Source: Mobula hypostoma (Eukaryota). Taken from it: a DNA stretch of 64,000 bases. Numbering within the stretch: the stretch's first letter is position 1; each line of letters begins with the position of its first letter. Where the stretch lies: contig NC_086097.1 of the NCBI RefSeq assembly GCF_963921235.1, forward strand, positions 241,492,001 through 241,556,000. The letters are read 5' to 3'. The translations under genes and the position numbers were made by a program. Below are positions 11,856-24,459 of this stretch, in pieces. The notes beneath the pieces were generated by a model, which saw nothing but the letters and a program-made list of their open reading frames with translations, made no database searches and was not told the DNA's origin.

Positions 11856-12109
11856 TTTTCTTAAACTACAGAATTCAATACCTAAAACTACAAGGGATGC
11901 AGACTCAGTTGACACTTTTAAACACTAGCTCAAAACCTATTTATTTGAACTTGCTTTTTAATAACATCTGTTTGTCTTTCATTTAAATATTTAATTTTAT
12001 TTTCATTTTTTAAATTTATTTTCATGTTTGTACTTTATCCCATTGTAAAGTACATTGAACTACATCATCTGCATAAAACATGTTCCATTAGAAGTTATTA
12101 TTGTATTTT

Positions 12110-12575
12110 TTTTCTCAGCTCAAGCACGGGCAAAGACAAGCACACTCATTTCTCAATAGCTAGGAACTTTTGGACTATTCTAGTGGTGGTTATTATTGTG
12201 GCTTTCTGGAGATTTACATAAATATTGCTGTGTAGGCCTAATTGTTTAAGACTATTGTGTAGTGACTTTGGGATGATACCAGTTGTAAATATTGCTATTG
12301 GGACAATATATACCGTATACTGTTCATGTTCCATAATCTTTCTATTTCCTCTTTTAGCTCAACAGATTTCACTTTTTGATTTATGTATGTTATGTCTGTT
12401 CTGAAGTAAGTGTTTGGAAGAAAGTAAGTTGTTCATGCTTGTTTATCCTGTAATATTATATCTAGACAGTTATTCTGGGCCGTCTCTTCCATAATAATGG
12501 ATTGGTTGTAATGTAATTTGTAGAACTTTGACTCTAAAACTGCATCTGGATTGTACTTATAGTTAGGTATGGTGT
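12110..12575 (-). mobile_element. R4/Dong-like (RLE) non-LTR retrotransposon C-terminus and 3' end
   Basis: IVPIAIFTTGIIPKSL..LQKATI..IVQKFL peptide, repeated on + at 15470-15668 and 16930. Confidence 0.7.
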
Positions 12576-12577
12576 CC

Positions 12578-12935
12578 TGTAAGAAGGCAAGACAGCGGCT
12601 ATATTTCATTTGGAGATTGAAGAGATTGAGTTTGTCAACTAAAACACTCAAAACCTTCTACAAATGTATGATGCAGAGCATTGCGACTGGCTGCATCACT
12701 GTGTGGTATGGGCAGTGGAGGTGGCTACTGCACAAGATCGAAGTAATTTGCAGAAACTTGTAAAATTAGTTATCTCCATCATGGGTACTAGACTCCCTAG
12801 TGTCCAAGACATCTTCAAGGAGCCGTGCCCTCTTCTCATTGCTACCATCAGGAAAGAGGTATGGGAGCCTGAAGGCACACACTCAGCGATTCAAGAACAG
12901 CTCCTTCCCCTGTGCCATCAGATTTCTAAATGAAC
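12578..12935 (+). mobile_element. Rex1/Babar 3' coding fragment
   Basis: [33 protein letters not shown]. Confidence 0.85.
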
Positions 12936-14154
12936 ATTCCAAGGCTCGAAGGTTTGTTTTATTGCCAAAGTATGCATGTTCAATACAACGCTGATATCTG
13001 CCTTCTCCAGATAGCTATGAAATACACAAAAAAAAGAAGAAACAAAACCCTCACTGACCCCAGAATCCCCCAACCCCTCCCCACAAGAAAACAGCAACAA
13101 TAACAATCCCCAATCTCCTCACCCACAGAAAAAATACAGCCACAATACAATCACTGACCCCCTCACTTGCAGAAAACAAAGTCAGGGACAATAGCCACAC
13201 ATCCCTAACCCCTGTAAAAAAACAGTGACAATTACAATCCCCAACCTCTTCACTCGCAAAAAAAAAATGACAGTGGAATCAAAAAAACTCCTACTTCACC
13301 CCCACCGACTCATACTCAAAGAACTAACAGATCATCCACCCATCAAACAGCCAAAAGAAAGAAAATGCCAAAAACTGAAGGAGTACCGTCCAATCACATT
13401 AATTCACAAACATCGAACAGTCCTTTTGTGACTCAGAACTCATGCCTGGTCTGAATGGCGGCTTCTGTTGGGAGCGATCATGAACTGGGTCCAAATGCCT
13501 CTGTTGGAAGCCATCGCTCTCCCCTTCCACATTCACCTCGATTCTTCAGTCTTCCTTGCTGCTTCGAGATAGAGTCATTCATGACCTCGGGCCCCATCTA
13601 TGGCCTTTTACACGAGTCAGCTCGTGTTCTCGGTCCTTTTTACCCCCACCCCCACCATCTCGGATCTCCAAGAGGCAGCTCTCCAGACACAGTACAGTAC
13701 TAGATCACTCAATTGTGTTCCAAGCTGCACATCACACACACATATACATAATGTAATTCAGTTTTCTTCTCAATATTAATCATGTATTTCATTCCACCGC
13801 TGCCATAAAGTTAATGAATTTCATGACACATATCTATGACATTAAACCTGATTCTGGTTCTTATATTTTAAAGCAAGGTTTTGGTGAATGATGTTTGCTA
13901 CTTGACTGTGCCTGTGTAAGTAATCAGATTGAGCTAAACTGCTGCAGGAGCCTGTAATGCGTTGAATTGTTCCTGGTTTCCCTTGGTATTTGCTGTATTT
14001 ATCATCTTGAATTTGGTCTTTTATTATGTATTTTTCTTAATACTTTTGTTAATTTTTTTGTTAACCACCTGGTTCTATATTGCCACAAGGAAATCCTCCG
14101 TTCCTGGGAAGAGATCTCCAACTCTGAGCCAGGCATTTGACGGTTCTTTGTTGA

Positions 14155-15376
14155 CGTTTAGTCTGCTGAGATTGTAGGGTGTCTTCCATGGAGGGTCATG
14201 CTCTTGGATTGGTTAACTTTTTCTTCAACAGTGATAATTTCTTCATTTTTCTTCATTTTTAAGTTTAGTGGCATGTACTTCTTATCAGAATTGCATGTGG
14301 TCACATGGAGTGCTGAATTTTCTTTTGCTTGATGAAGATATATCCTTGGAAGTTTTACCTGACTGTTGTGCAATTTATTTATGTCTGTTATTCCTCTTCC
14401 TCCTTCTGTCCTAGGTTGTGTTTTTGAATACAGATAGAATTTTCTAAAATTTGTCATTATTTCTCTTTGTAAACATTCCCAACTGGTTTCAGACCAAGAT
14501 ATTATGCCAAAAGAATATGTTAATATGGATACAGCAAAAGTGTTTATTGCCTTTGTTATATTTTTACTGTTGAGCTCTGTTTGGCAGCTTTACTAAAGCC
14601 TCAATGTAAATTCTGTCAAAAGTTTTCCCTTTATCACACTATGATCTATTTTCTTTGTGTGTTGATATCTCAGATACTTGTAAGTTTGATATTTATCCAT
14701 TGGTTGTATTGTATCCTGCTATATTCTACTAGCTCTATTGAACCTTTCTTTGTATAATGCTCTGCACTTATTTGGTCCAAAATCCATATTTGAATTAATT
14801 GCTCTAGCTTTACTGATGGAGTGTATAATTTGAAATCATCCATTTATAGAAGGTGGTCAGGGTATAATTCATTTGGTTTGATACCCTATTTTCATCTGAT
14901 TCAGCAGATTAGAGAGCCGGTTTAAAGCTAGACAAAACCATAGTGGGCTTAGAGCGTTACCCTGAAAAATGCCTCGGTTTATTTTGATAACGGTGGTTGC
15001 TCTTTTCTGGTTGTTAATTAAAGGGTGTTTATTGTATGCCAATGCTTCAACAGATGTTGAAGGAATTCACAAGTATTGGGTGTAGTTTATATATATCAAG
15101 TATCAAGAGCTTCTGTAAATCATGAATGTGAGAGAATCAAATGCTTTTTTGGTAGTTAATATAAAAACATGAAAGTTTCCTGCTTTTCCGCTGCGCTTGA
15201 TTTAGAATTACAGATTCTATTAATAGTTGTTCTTTACATCCTTGCATACCCTTACAGAATCCTTTCTGCTGCAAATATATTAGGGGTTATCTAAGTGAAT
15301 GGTGATTAGTTGCAAGATTTTTGATGTTACAATTTTATATATACTTCGTAAACAAGTAATAGGACGATATTTTGAT
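14155..15376 (-). mobile_element. R4/Dong-like non-LTR retrotransposon RT region, decayed
   Basis: KYRPITCLRSIYKIVTS and PRTEGGRGITDI peptides; collinear with 12110-12575. Confidence 0.75.
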
Positions 15377-15413
15377 GGGAGCATGGGCTGGGTGATGGAG
15401 CCCTTGATGACGG

Positions 15414-15465
15414 ATACTGCTTTCCTGCAACAGAAATAAATACTGCTTTCCTGCAACAGAAATAA
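15414..15465 (+). repeat. Perfect 26-bp tandem duplication at an orientation-switch junction
   Basis: ATACTGCTTTCCTGCAACAGAAATAA twice. Confidence 0.95.
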
Positions 15466-15668
15466 ATAAGTGAAAAACACCAGAAATGTGCTGAATTAAA
15501 AGAGGAAATTGAAAGACTATGGAACATGAACAGGGTATACATCGTCCCAGTCGTGGTATCTACAACTGGTATCATCCCAAAATCACTACAGAGTAACACT
15601 AGACAATTCGGTCTACATGGCAATATTTATGTAAATCGCCAGAAAGCCACAATACTAATCACCTCTAG
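15466..15668 (+). mobile_element. R4/Dong-like C-terminal fragment; resumes at 16930-17010 after nested insertions
   Basis: MNRVYIVPVVVSTTGIIPKSL..QKATIL, then KFLAIEK-stop at 16930-16955. Confidence 0.7.
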
Positions 15669-16151
15669 AATCAGAATCAGGTTTAATATCACTGGCATAT
15701 GTCATGAAATTTGTTGTTATGCCGCTGCAGTACATAGTAAAACTAAGTTAATATAAATATACAATAAATAATAATAATAAATAATATACACACATAAACA
15801 CACATATACATACTATTATATATAGTATAAGATTCAAGAGCAGGATTAGGCAAAATTATACACTTTTATATACATGTCACCAAAGCTATATGTGTCTTTG
15901 GTGGCATATGAAAAATCCTTAAACTCCCAATGAAATATAACTACTGCTACACCTTTTTAATAACTGCAATGATATGTTGGGCCCAAGATAGATCCTCAGA
16001 GATGTTGTCACCGAAGAACATGAAATTGCTCACCCTTTCCACTTCTAATCCCACAATGAGGACTGGTGTCTTACCCTTTCTGAAACCTACAATCTACTCT
16101 TTGGTCTTAGTAAGATTTTGTGCAAGTCAGTTTCAGAATAGTCTGAAAGTT

Positions 16152-16929
16152 AACATAGAAACATAGAAAACCTACAGCACAATACAGGCCCTTTGGCCAA
16201 CTTAAGTTGTGCCAAACATGTCCCGACCTTAGAAATTACTAGGGTTACCCATAGCCCTCTATTTTTCTAAGCTCCATGTACCTATCATGACCAATAAAGT
16301 ATGACTATGACTATGACTATGACTATCCAAAAGTCTCCTAAAAGACCCTATCGTATCCACCTCCACCACCATTGCCGGAAGCCCATTCCACGAACTCACC
16401 ACTCTCTGCGTAATAAAACTCTCAAGCACCTTAAACCTGTGCCCTCTTGTGGCAGCCATTTCAGCCCTGGGAAAAAACCTCTGACTATCCACACGATTAA
16501 TGCCTCTCATCATCTTATACACCTCTATCAGGTCACCTCTCATCCTCCGTCGCTCCAAGGAGAAAAGGCCGAGTTCACTCAACCTGTTCTTATAAGGCAT
16601 GCTCCCCAATCCAGGCAACATCCTTGTAAAGCTCCTCTACACCCTTTCTATGGTTTCCACATCCTTCCTGGAGTGAGGCGACCAGAACTGAGCACAGTAC
16701 TCCAAGTGGGGTCTGACCAGAGTCCTATATAGCTGCAACATTACCACTCAGCTCCTAAATTCAATTCTACGATTGATGAAGGCCAATATACCGTATGCCT
16801 TCTTAACCACAGAGTCAACCTGTGCAGCTGCTTTCTGCTTTGAGCGTCCTCTGGACTCGGACCCCAAGATCCCTCTGATCCTCCACACTGCCAAGAGTCT
16901 TACCATTAATACTATATTCTGCCATCATA
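16152..16929 (-). mobile_element. CR1 LINE 3' fragment, same subfamily as 10690-11855
   Basis: MLPGLGSMPYKNRLSELGLFSLERRRMRGDLIEVYK; near-identical 3' UTR. Confidence 0.95.
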
Positions 16930-17089
16930 TAAAGTTCCTGGCAATTGAGAAATGAGTCTGCTTGGATATGCCCATATCTTAGGTTTTACCAGCATGAGCT
17001 GAAAAAGAAATGAAAATAGAATAAGAAAATAAGAAAGCTGAGAAAAAAATAAAAAATGCAATAATAAGTGATAATAAAAAATAACTTAA

Positions 17090-18850
17090 TCCCTATAGAC
17101 ATGTTAAACCAAATAAACATGAATTTGCACAACAGCTAGATAGAAACCAACCTAAAGACCATGGCAATACTATGGAAGAAAATAATGAAGATTCCACCCC
17201 CTCCCCCCGAAGTGTTGATGAAAATAGAATTACTTCCATAACTGCTCCACAACCTGACAGTAATAGCAATATCACAGACGCAAAGCATCCACAGAATGCT
17301 GATGATGGAGCTTAGCTTACAGACTAAAATTAACACCACACTAACAGAGTACATGGGCACTGACCCAACAAAAAGACTACATACCAAAATGCCACATGTC
17401 ATCAAAATTTGCAAATGTTTTTAATACTCTCAACAATACGATATTACCACAATATTTAGGAAAACTTGGAACATTTGAAGAACTACACACAATAACATGC
17501 TGCGCAGCATTAACAGCAGTGGAGTTCAATGGCTCTAAAGCAGAGGCATCCATTCATAGAAACCCAAAGATGAGTAATGGAATGAGAACAGTGAAATGGC
17601 AATAGAGATTAAGGAACAAAACTGAAACCTTAAGAGCATAATGGAGCATAAAATGGATAACCCAAGCAAGAAATTTGAGAGGAAAGCCAAGAAAATAAAA
17701 GGTCCAGACAAGATGCCATCAACCTAAAAAAAGTATTGTAGAATTTATAGATTCACTAATACAAAAACTTGGTGCATATAAAGCCAGACTAAGCAGATAC
17801 ATGAAACATTCCAGACAAAGAAAACAGAATTATCAGTTCAGGAATAATGGAAAATGTTTATACATGACATTGAAAGTAAATTTGATGCACCAAAACGCCA
17901 CCAACCCCAGCACAGAATTACCAACAAACACAGATATAATGAACTTTTGGTCCGATATCTGGTCAAACAGGGTGAAGCACAATCAAGAAGTAAGCTGAAT
18001 TAGGGAGGAAAAAGAACACGCACACAAAATTGAAGACATGCAAACACCTGAAGTACATTGGACATGCAAAAAGTGGTTATAAAAAATAACCGCAAAATAA
18101 CAGCAATGATAATATTCATAATTATTGGTATAAAAAATTGACCTGTCTTCATTCGTACTTATTAAAACATAACCATCAATTTTCTTAAAAATCTTGAAAG
18201 TATGCCCAAATTTTTGACAGAAGGTAAAACACACATAAAGGAGAAATCACAAATGAGCCATCAAAATATCCTCCCATTACTTGTTTACAATCTTGATATA
18301 AAATTGTAAAATCCTGCATCGCGCAACTAATCACCACTCGCTTAGATTATCACAATATACTTACAGTAAAGCAGAAAGGATGTCATACGGGTAGGAGAGA
18401 ATGTAAAGAGCAATTGATGATAGATTCTGTCATTCTAAATCAAGTTCAGCAGAAAAACAGAAATCTCTCTGTTGGCTTATTGACTACCAAAAAGCATTTG
18501 ATTCTGTCTCACACTCATGGTTCCATCTAGCTTGAAACCCGCTCTCTAATTTACTGAATTGGATGAAATTGGGTATCAAATCAGAGACAATCAAATGAAT
18601 TATACCCTGAACACCTTCTATGCATGGACAATTTGAAATTATACTCTCCTTTATCAGTAAAGCTAAAGCAATTAATTCTCATATTAAAACTAATTTCTAA
18701 TGAGATAAACATGAACTTTGGACTAGGTAAGTTCAGAACATTAAACATAAAGAAAGGTTCAATAGAGCTAGTAGAGTATAAAACAGAGCAGCGGGATAGA
18801 ATACAACCACCGGATGAATATAACACATAAGTATCTGAGATATAGTAAGA
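17090..18850 (+). mobile_element. R4/Dong-like non-LTR retrotransposon N-terminal and RT region, decayed
   Basis: FWSDIWS, DYQKAFDSVSHSW, HLLCMDNLKLY, INMNFGLGK motifs; homologous to 14155-15376. Confidence 0.75.
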
Positions 18851-19168
18851 TATGGTGTTCTCCTTAACCATGATCTGTAGTTCTAACCTCACCCAACCTT
18901 GTGGAAGAAGTCTACTTGAATTTACCTTATCTGAATCCCTCATACCTCTATCAAATCTCCCCTCAGTCTCATATGCTCTGTGGAATAAAGTTTTAATCTA
19001 CTCAACATATAACCAAACTTGTATTCTATTTCTTAAAGCAATACTGTGCCACAGATTTCCCTGAAGAGCAAAAATACGTAGACTTTCTGCTAGGATAAGA
19101 TCCAAGAAACAAGTGGGTATCAGAGGCGAGAGGTTTAATGGGGATATGCAGATAGTGGGGTATAATTG

Positions 19169-19644
19169 ATTCCTGGGATGGCAGGACTTTCATATGAAGA
19201 AAGACTGGATGAATTGGGCTTGTACTCGTTGGAATTTAGAAGATTGAGGGGGGATCTGATTGAAACGTATAAGATCCTAAAGGGATTGGACAGGCTAGAT
19301 GCAGGAAGATTGTTCCCGATGTTGGGGAAGTCCAGAACGAGGGGTCACAGTTTGAGGATAGAGGGGAAGCCTTTTAGGACCGAGATTAGGAAAAACTTCT
19401 TCACACAGAGAGTGGTGAATCTGTGGAATTCTCTGCCACAGGAAACTGTTGAGGCCAGTTCATTGGCTATATTTAAGAGGGAGTTAGATATGGCCCTTGT
19501 GGCTACGGGGGTCAGGGGGTATGGAGGGAAGGCTGGGGCAGGGTTCTGAGTTGGATGATCAGCCATGATCATAATAAATGGCGGTGCAGGCTCGAAGGGC
19601 CGAATGGCCTACTCCTGCACCTATTTTCTATGTTTCTATGTTTC
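19169..19644 (+). mobile_element. Young 5'-truncated CR1 insertion with 8-bp TSD
   Basis: Uninterrupted 127-aa ORF2 C-terminus; (CTATGTTT)n tail; TSD TATAATTG at 19161-19168 and 19645-19652. Confidence 0.95.
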
Positions 19645-19749
19645 TATAATTGGAATGAGTTGACAGAAACAATAGTTGAGTCAGGCACATTAGCAGCTTT
19701 TAAAAGTCATCTGGAAAATGACATAGATAGGAGAGGCTTGCAGGGTTGT

Positions 19750-20268
19750 GAGCCATCACAGTCAAAGCCCTCCCAACCACTGAGCACATCTACATTAAAT
19801 GCTGTCGCTGGAAAGCCTCGTCCATCATCAGGATCCCCACCACCCAGGACATGCTCTCATCTCACAGCTGCCATCAGAAAGAAGGAAGGAGCCGAAGGAC
19901 TCACACCACCAGGTTTAGGAACAGGTGCTACCCCTTATCCATCAGGATCTTGAACCAAAGGGGATAACTTCACTTGCCCCATCATTGAAAATTTCCCAGA
20001 ATCAAAGGATTCACTTTCAAGGACTCTTCATCTCATGGTCTTGATATTTATTGCTTACTTTTTATTATTATTATTTCTTCTTTCTGTATTTTCACAGTTT
20101 GTTGTCTTCTGCACTCAGGCTGAAAACCCTAGTTGAGCATTCTTTCATTGATCCTGTTAGAGTTACTATTCTATGGATATGCAGCATATGCACACAAGAA
20201 AATATATCTCAGGGTGGTATATGGTGACATATATGTACTTTGATAATAAAACTTACTTTGAACTTTGA
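19750..20268 (+). mobile_element. Rex1-related 3' fragment ending AATAAA..(TTTGAAC)n
   Basis: Same family tail at about 580-793, 23145-23627, 25785-26255, 31330-31640, 53840-54145. Confidence 0.75.
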
Positions 20269-21449
20269 AATGTGGGCAGATGGACTAGCTGTCTGGGCAA
20301 CAGAGCTGGCATGGATGAGATGGGCCAAGCGGCCTGCTTCCATACTATAAAACATTAATCAGTGGCACGGTACTGCTTTAAGCTTCAGCTCAGAAGATAA
20401 TGCTTCAGGAGCTTCTGTCTATTACATTTGTATCAAGGTTTTCCATTCTGGTGTGAACAAAAGGCGGCTGCGTGGCGTTTCACAAAGGTCAGAATAATTC
20501 CAATAGCCCACAGAATGTGGCAGCATTTCAGAAATGAGTTTACAGCCTTGGGACCGATGTGAGTGTTATTACACCATCTACAGCTAAAACTTTCAGATAA
20601 GTAAATCTCAATTACAGCTTCCTAAACCAATATGACAAATTACAAATGGAATATGACTGCAGAGACAACTTTCCTTTATGTACCTAACCTGCAAATAGCT
20701 AGAACAAAAATAGATTAGAGGGAACTGACAACCTCTGTGGAAAGAGAATGAGAGTTAACATTTCAGGCTTAAGACTCTTCTGTTAGAAAGCTCAATTCAA
20801 AGCTTCAAAGTGCATTTTTGTCTGTATGTTGTATACAACCCTGCGATTCGACTTCCCACAGACAACAATGAAACAAGAAATCTATGGAACCTGTTTAAAG
20901 GGAAACATCGAACCCCCAACGTGCAAAAAAATTCACGCAAGCGGCAAGAAAAAAACCCAGCAAAGAGCACGGAATACAAAAAATGACAAATCACAAAGAC
21001 ATCAAGAGAGTCCAGGCATGTTTAGTTCAAGCTCTCGTAATCTGCAGGCCGCTGCCCTAGTCCGCCCCAGTTAAAACCGCCTATAACAGCAACAGAAAGA
21101 GCAGCAGCTTGAAACCAGAAACACATCATAATGTGAACTGCAGTGTCCAATCCACAAACCCCATCCGTTAAACCTTTCCCAAGACCTGTGGAAACTAGTT
21201 CTGTACTCCAGCAGCGTCAAGTGAGAGGGTGAGACAGAGAGAGACTGTTTATACATAGACACCTTCCTCAAAATCATGGAAAGAAGATCCATTTCCACTT
21301 AATTATTGTGTTTCGTTAGTTTATTTACATTTATTACTCAGCAAAATTTTACACAGTGAGAAGAATATCACACCTGACTGGAAAAGATCTGAAACTAATC
21401 ATTATACAATGCAACCTAAACTCAGTGTTTACCTTATTATGTACAGGAG

Positions 21450-21935
21450 TGGAAACTGGTGTGGTCTTCTGCTGTTGTAGCCCATCCACTTCAAGGTTCG
21501 ACATGGCACGTGTTCAGAGATGCTCTTCTGCACACCACTGTTGTATCACGTGGTTATCTGAGTTACTGTCACCTTGAGTCTATTTGGTCATTCTCCTCCG
21601 ACTTCTCTCATTTAAAAGGCATTTTTACCACAGAACTGCTGCTCACTGGATGTTTTTTTTTTGTTGTTTATTTGCACCCGTCCCTGTAAACTCTAGAGAC
21701 TGTTGTGCATGAAAATCCCAGGAGATCAGCAGTTTCTGAGATACTCAAACCACCCCGTCTGGCACCAACAATCATTTCATAGTCAAAGTCACTTCGATCA
21801 CGCTTCTTTCCCCATTTTGATATTTGAACTGAATCTTTTCCCCATGTCTGCATACTTTTATCTATTGAGTTGTTGCCACATGACTGGCTCGTTAAATAGT
21901 TGCATTAACGAGCAGGTGTACAGGTGTACCTAATC
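21450..21935 (-). mobile_element. Tc1-family DNA transposon relic (internally deleted)
   Basis: Peptide GKKRDRSDFDYEMIVGARRGGLSISETADLLGFSCTTVSRVYR, a Tc1 N-terminal HTH. Confidence 0.9.
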
Positions 21936-22059
21936 GAGTAAATCTACTTAATCCAGATCAGAAATGTGTGACGGGTATATTGAAAAGTTATTTTTCCCCT
22001 GAGTTATGAACTCTACTTCCTACACCGGATGCTGTCTGACCTAATGAGCAGTCCCAGCA

Positions 22060-22345
22060 TTTATTTATTTAGCAATACGATGGCGTAGGCCCCTCTGGCC
22101 CTTCGAGCCACGCTGCCCCAGAACCCCAAAACCACAATTAACCCTAACCTAATCACCAGTCAATGGCCAATTAGTCTACTTGCTACATCTTTGGACTGTG
22201 GGAGGAAACCAGAGAACCTGGGGAAAACCCATGCATTCCATGGGGAGGATGTACAGACATTCCTTACAGAACAGCCCCAGAACTGAACTCCAATCTCCAC
22301 AACACTATAATAGTGATGGGATAACCACTACACTACAGTGGTAGT
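22060..22345 (-). mobile_element. tRNA-headed SINE
   Basis: tRNA-like head at right end, TAAA-type tail at left; related copies 39805-40082 (-), 40325-40625 (-), 48000-48110 (+). Confidence 0.7.
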
Positions 22346-22543
22346 GCCCCATATATTAATTTTAGTATTATTTTAGATTTTGTTTTGATGAACTAAACTA
22401 TTTGTCATTATGTCACCACGTCAGAAGTGTGGATCTCGCTAAAGTAAAATTGAAACTAAGGAGCATGCACATTATTCCCGGCTCCATGCTTTTCCTTCAA
22501 TTAGTTTTACGTTTTACTGATACAAAGTATAACAGTAGGCATT

Positions 22544-22770
22544 ACACATAAAAATTGCTGGTGAACACAGCAGGCCAGGCAGCATCTATAGGAGGAGGTA
22601 CAGTCAACGTTTCAGGCCGAGACCCTTCGTTAGCCCTGACGAAGGGTCTTGACCTGAAATGTCAATTATACCTCTTCCTATAGATGTTGCCTGGCCTGCT
22701 GTGTTCACCAGCAATTTTTATGTGTGTTGCTTGAAATTCCAGCATCTGCAGATTTCCTCGTGTTTACATT
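22544..22770. mobile_element. Fold-back Penelope pLTR pair with two hammerhead-derived motifs at the apex
   Basis: 22544-22633 is the approximate reverse complement of 22636-22725; + strand CTGACGA-AGGGTCTTGACCT-GAAA-TGTC. Confidence 0.85.
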
Positions 22771-23958
22771 TTTAAGATAACAGGTGGCATGCTATGTTGG
22801 CACCGGAATGTGTGGCGACACCTGCGGGTCACCCCCAGCATATCATTGGGTGTGCTGATCGTTAGCACAAACAACGTATTTCACTAAATGTTTCAGTGTA
22901 CACATGATAAACAATCTTGAATCTTGAAAATATAGCGGGGGAATGCCAGAGATAGGTTTTTACACAGAGTGTGGCGAGGACGTGGAATGCACTGTCCGGG
23001 TGGTGATAGAGGCTGATACATTAGGGACATTTAAGAGACTCTTAGCTAGGAACATGGATGAAAGAAAAATGGAAGGCCATGTGAGAGAGAAGGGTTAGAA
23101 GGTCAAAACAACATTGTGACGAAAGGCCTGTATTATTTTCTGTTCCATTGAGCACATCCACATGAAACACTGCCATAGGAAACCAGCATCCATCATCAGA
23201 GATCCTTACCAGCCACGCCATGCTCTCTTCTCGCTGCTGCCATCAGATAGAAGGTACGAGAGCCTCAGGACTCACACCAGCAGGTTCAGGGACAGCTACT
23301 ACCCCTCAACAACCAGGCTCTTGAACAAAAGGGGATAACTACACTCACCCATTCATTGAGATGTTCCCACAACCAATGATCTCAGTTTAAGGACTGCTGT
23401 TATTTTGTTATTTCATCTTCTTGTTATTTCATGTTCTCATTACTTATTGCTATTTATTTATATTTGCATTTGCCCAGTTTGTTGCCTTCTGGTTTGTCTT
23501 TCATTGATCCTCTTACAGTTACAATTTTATGGATTTGCTGAATATGTCCACAGAAATATGAATCTCAAGGTTGTATGTGGTGACATATATGTACTCGGAG
23601 AGTAAGATTTACTTTGAACTTTGAACTTCTTTGTAAAGAAAACACTTCAAGATTAGGGTGTTCCTTTATAGGAAAAATTCAAATGGACGTGTCACCTATG
23701 GAGTAGATTTTATAAAAGGCTTCAATTATTGTCACGTGTCTAAATACCTCATTTGCCAAATTCTCTTTGTCTTATCAGATAATGCAAACCTGCTGTTAGA
23801 AATCAGTTAATAACATTGGCTTTTGGGCACTTCTGGGACAGCCTATTGCCAAGTACAAGCAATTAATGTATTTTCTTTAAACAACTTTGCCCCAAAAGAA
23901 AAAAAAGACCGGTTGAAGGGGACCTCTGGGCTACAATGGGATTATGCTATTTCTACCA

Positions 23959-24459
23959 TAGTGCTGTGCAGAAGTCTCAGGGATATCCTCAGGTATATTT
24001 GTCAACGTGGAGCAGAGAGTGAGTTTGTAAATCTGGTGGGAGCGAAGGATATTGGGAATGGCGTGAGTGGGACACCACGGGAGGGGAGTGAGACGGGCGA
24101 TAAAGAAGGGGTGCTGGCATGGAGGTAGTGTGGGTGCAGACACACACAATCCTGAGACACCAGGCAAGGTCATTTGATTCCATATAGTTGCTTTATTGAT
24201 CATTACAGACCATTTCTCTGGTGCCTCCTGCACCCTCCCCTTTCTTCTCCACATTTCTCCCTGCCCCATTTCCACTCTCAGTTCACAATAGAGACCCATA
24301 TCAGAATCAGATTTATCATCACTCACACATGTCATGAAATTTGTTTTTTTTTTGCAGCAGTACAGTGCACTACATAAAATTACTACAGTACAGTGAAAAA
24401 GTCTAAGGCACCCTAGAGAGATACAGTACATCTGCCTAAGACTTTTGCACAGAACTGTA
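23959..24459. mobile_element. Composite Tc1-type non-autonomous element, copy 1 (left mini-MITE truncated)
   Basis: Collinear with 26650-27165; ends CCTAAGACTTTTGCACAGAACTGTA. Confidence 0.75.

Noticed and set aside
13040..13340. Loose C/A-rich repeats (ACAATCCCCAAC..CAGAAAA)
   Set aside because: Degenerate low-complexity part of an inverted Rex1-type 3' UTR with no regular period
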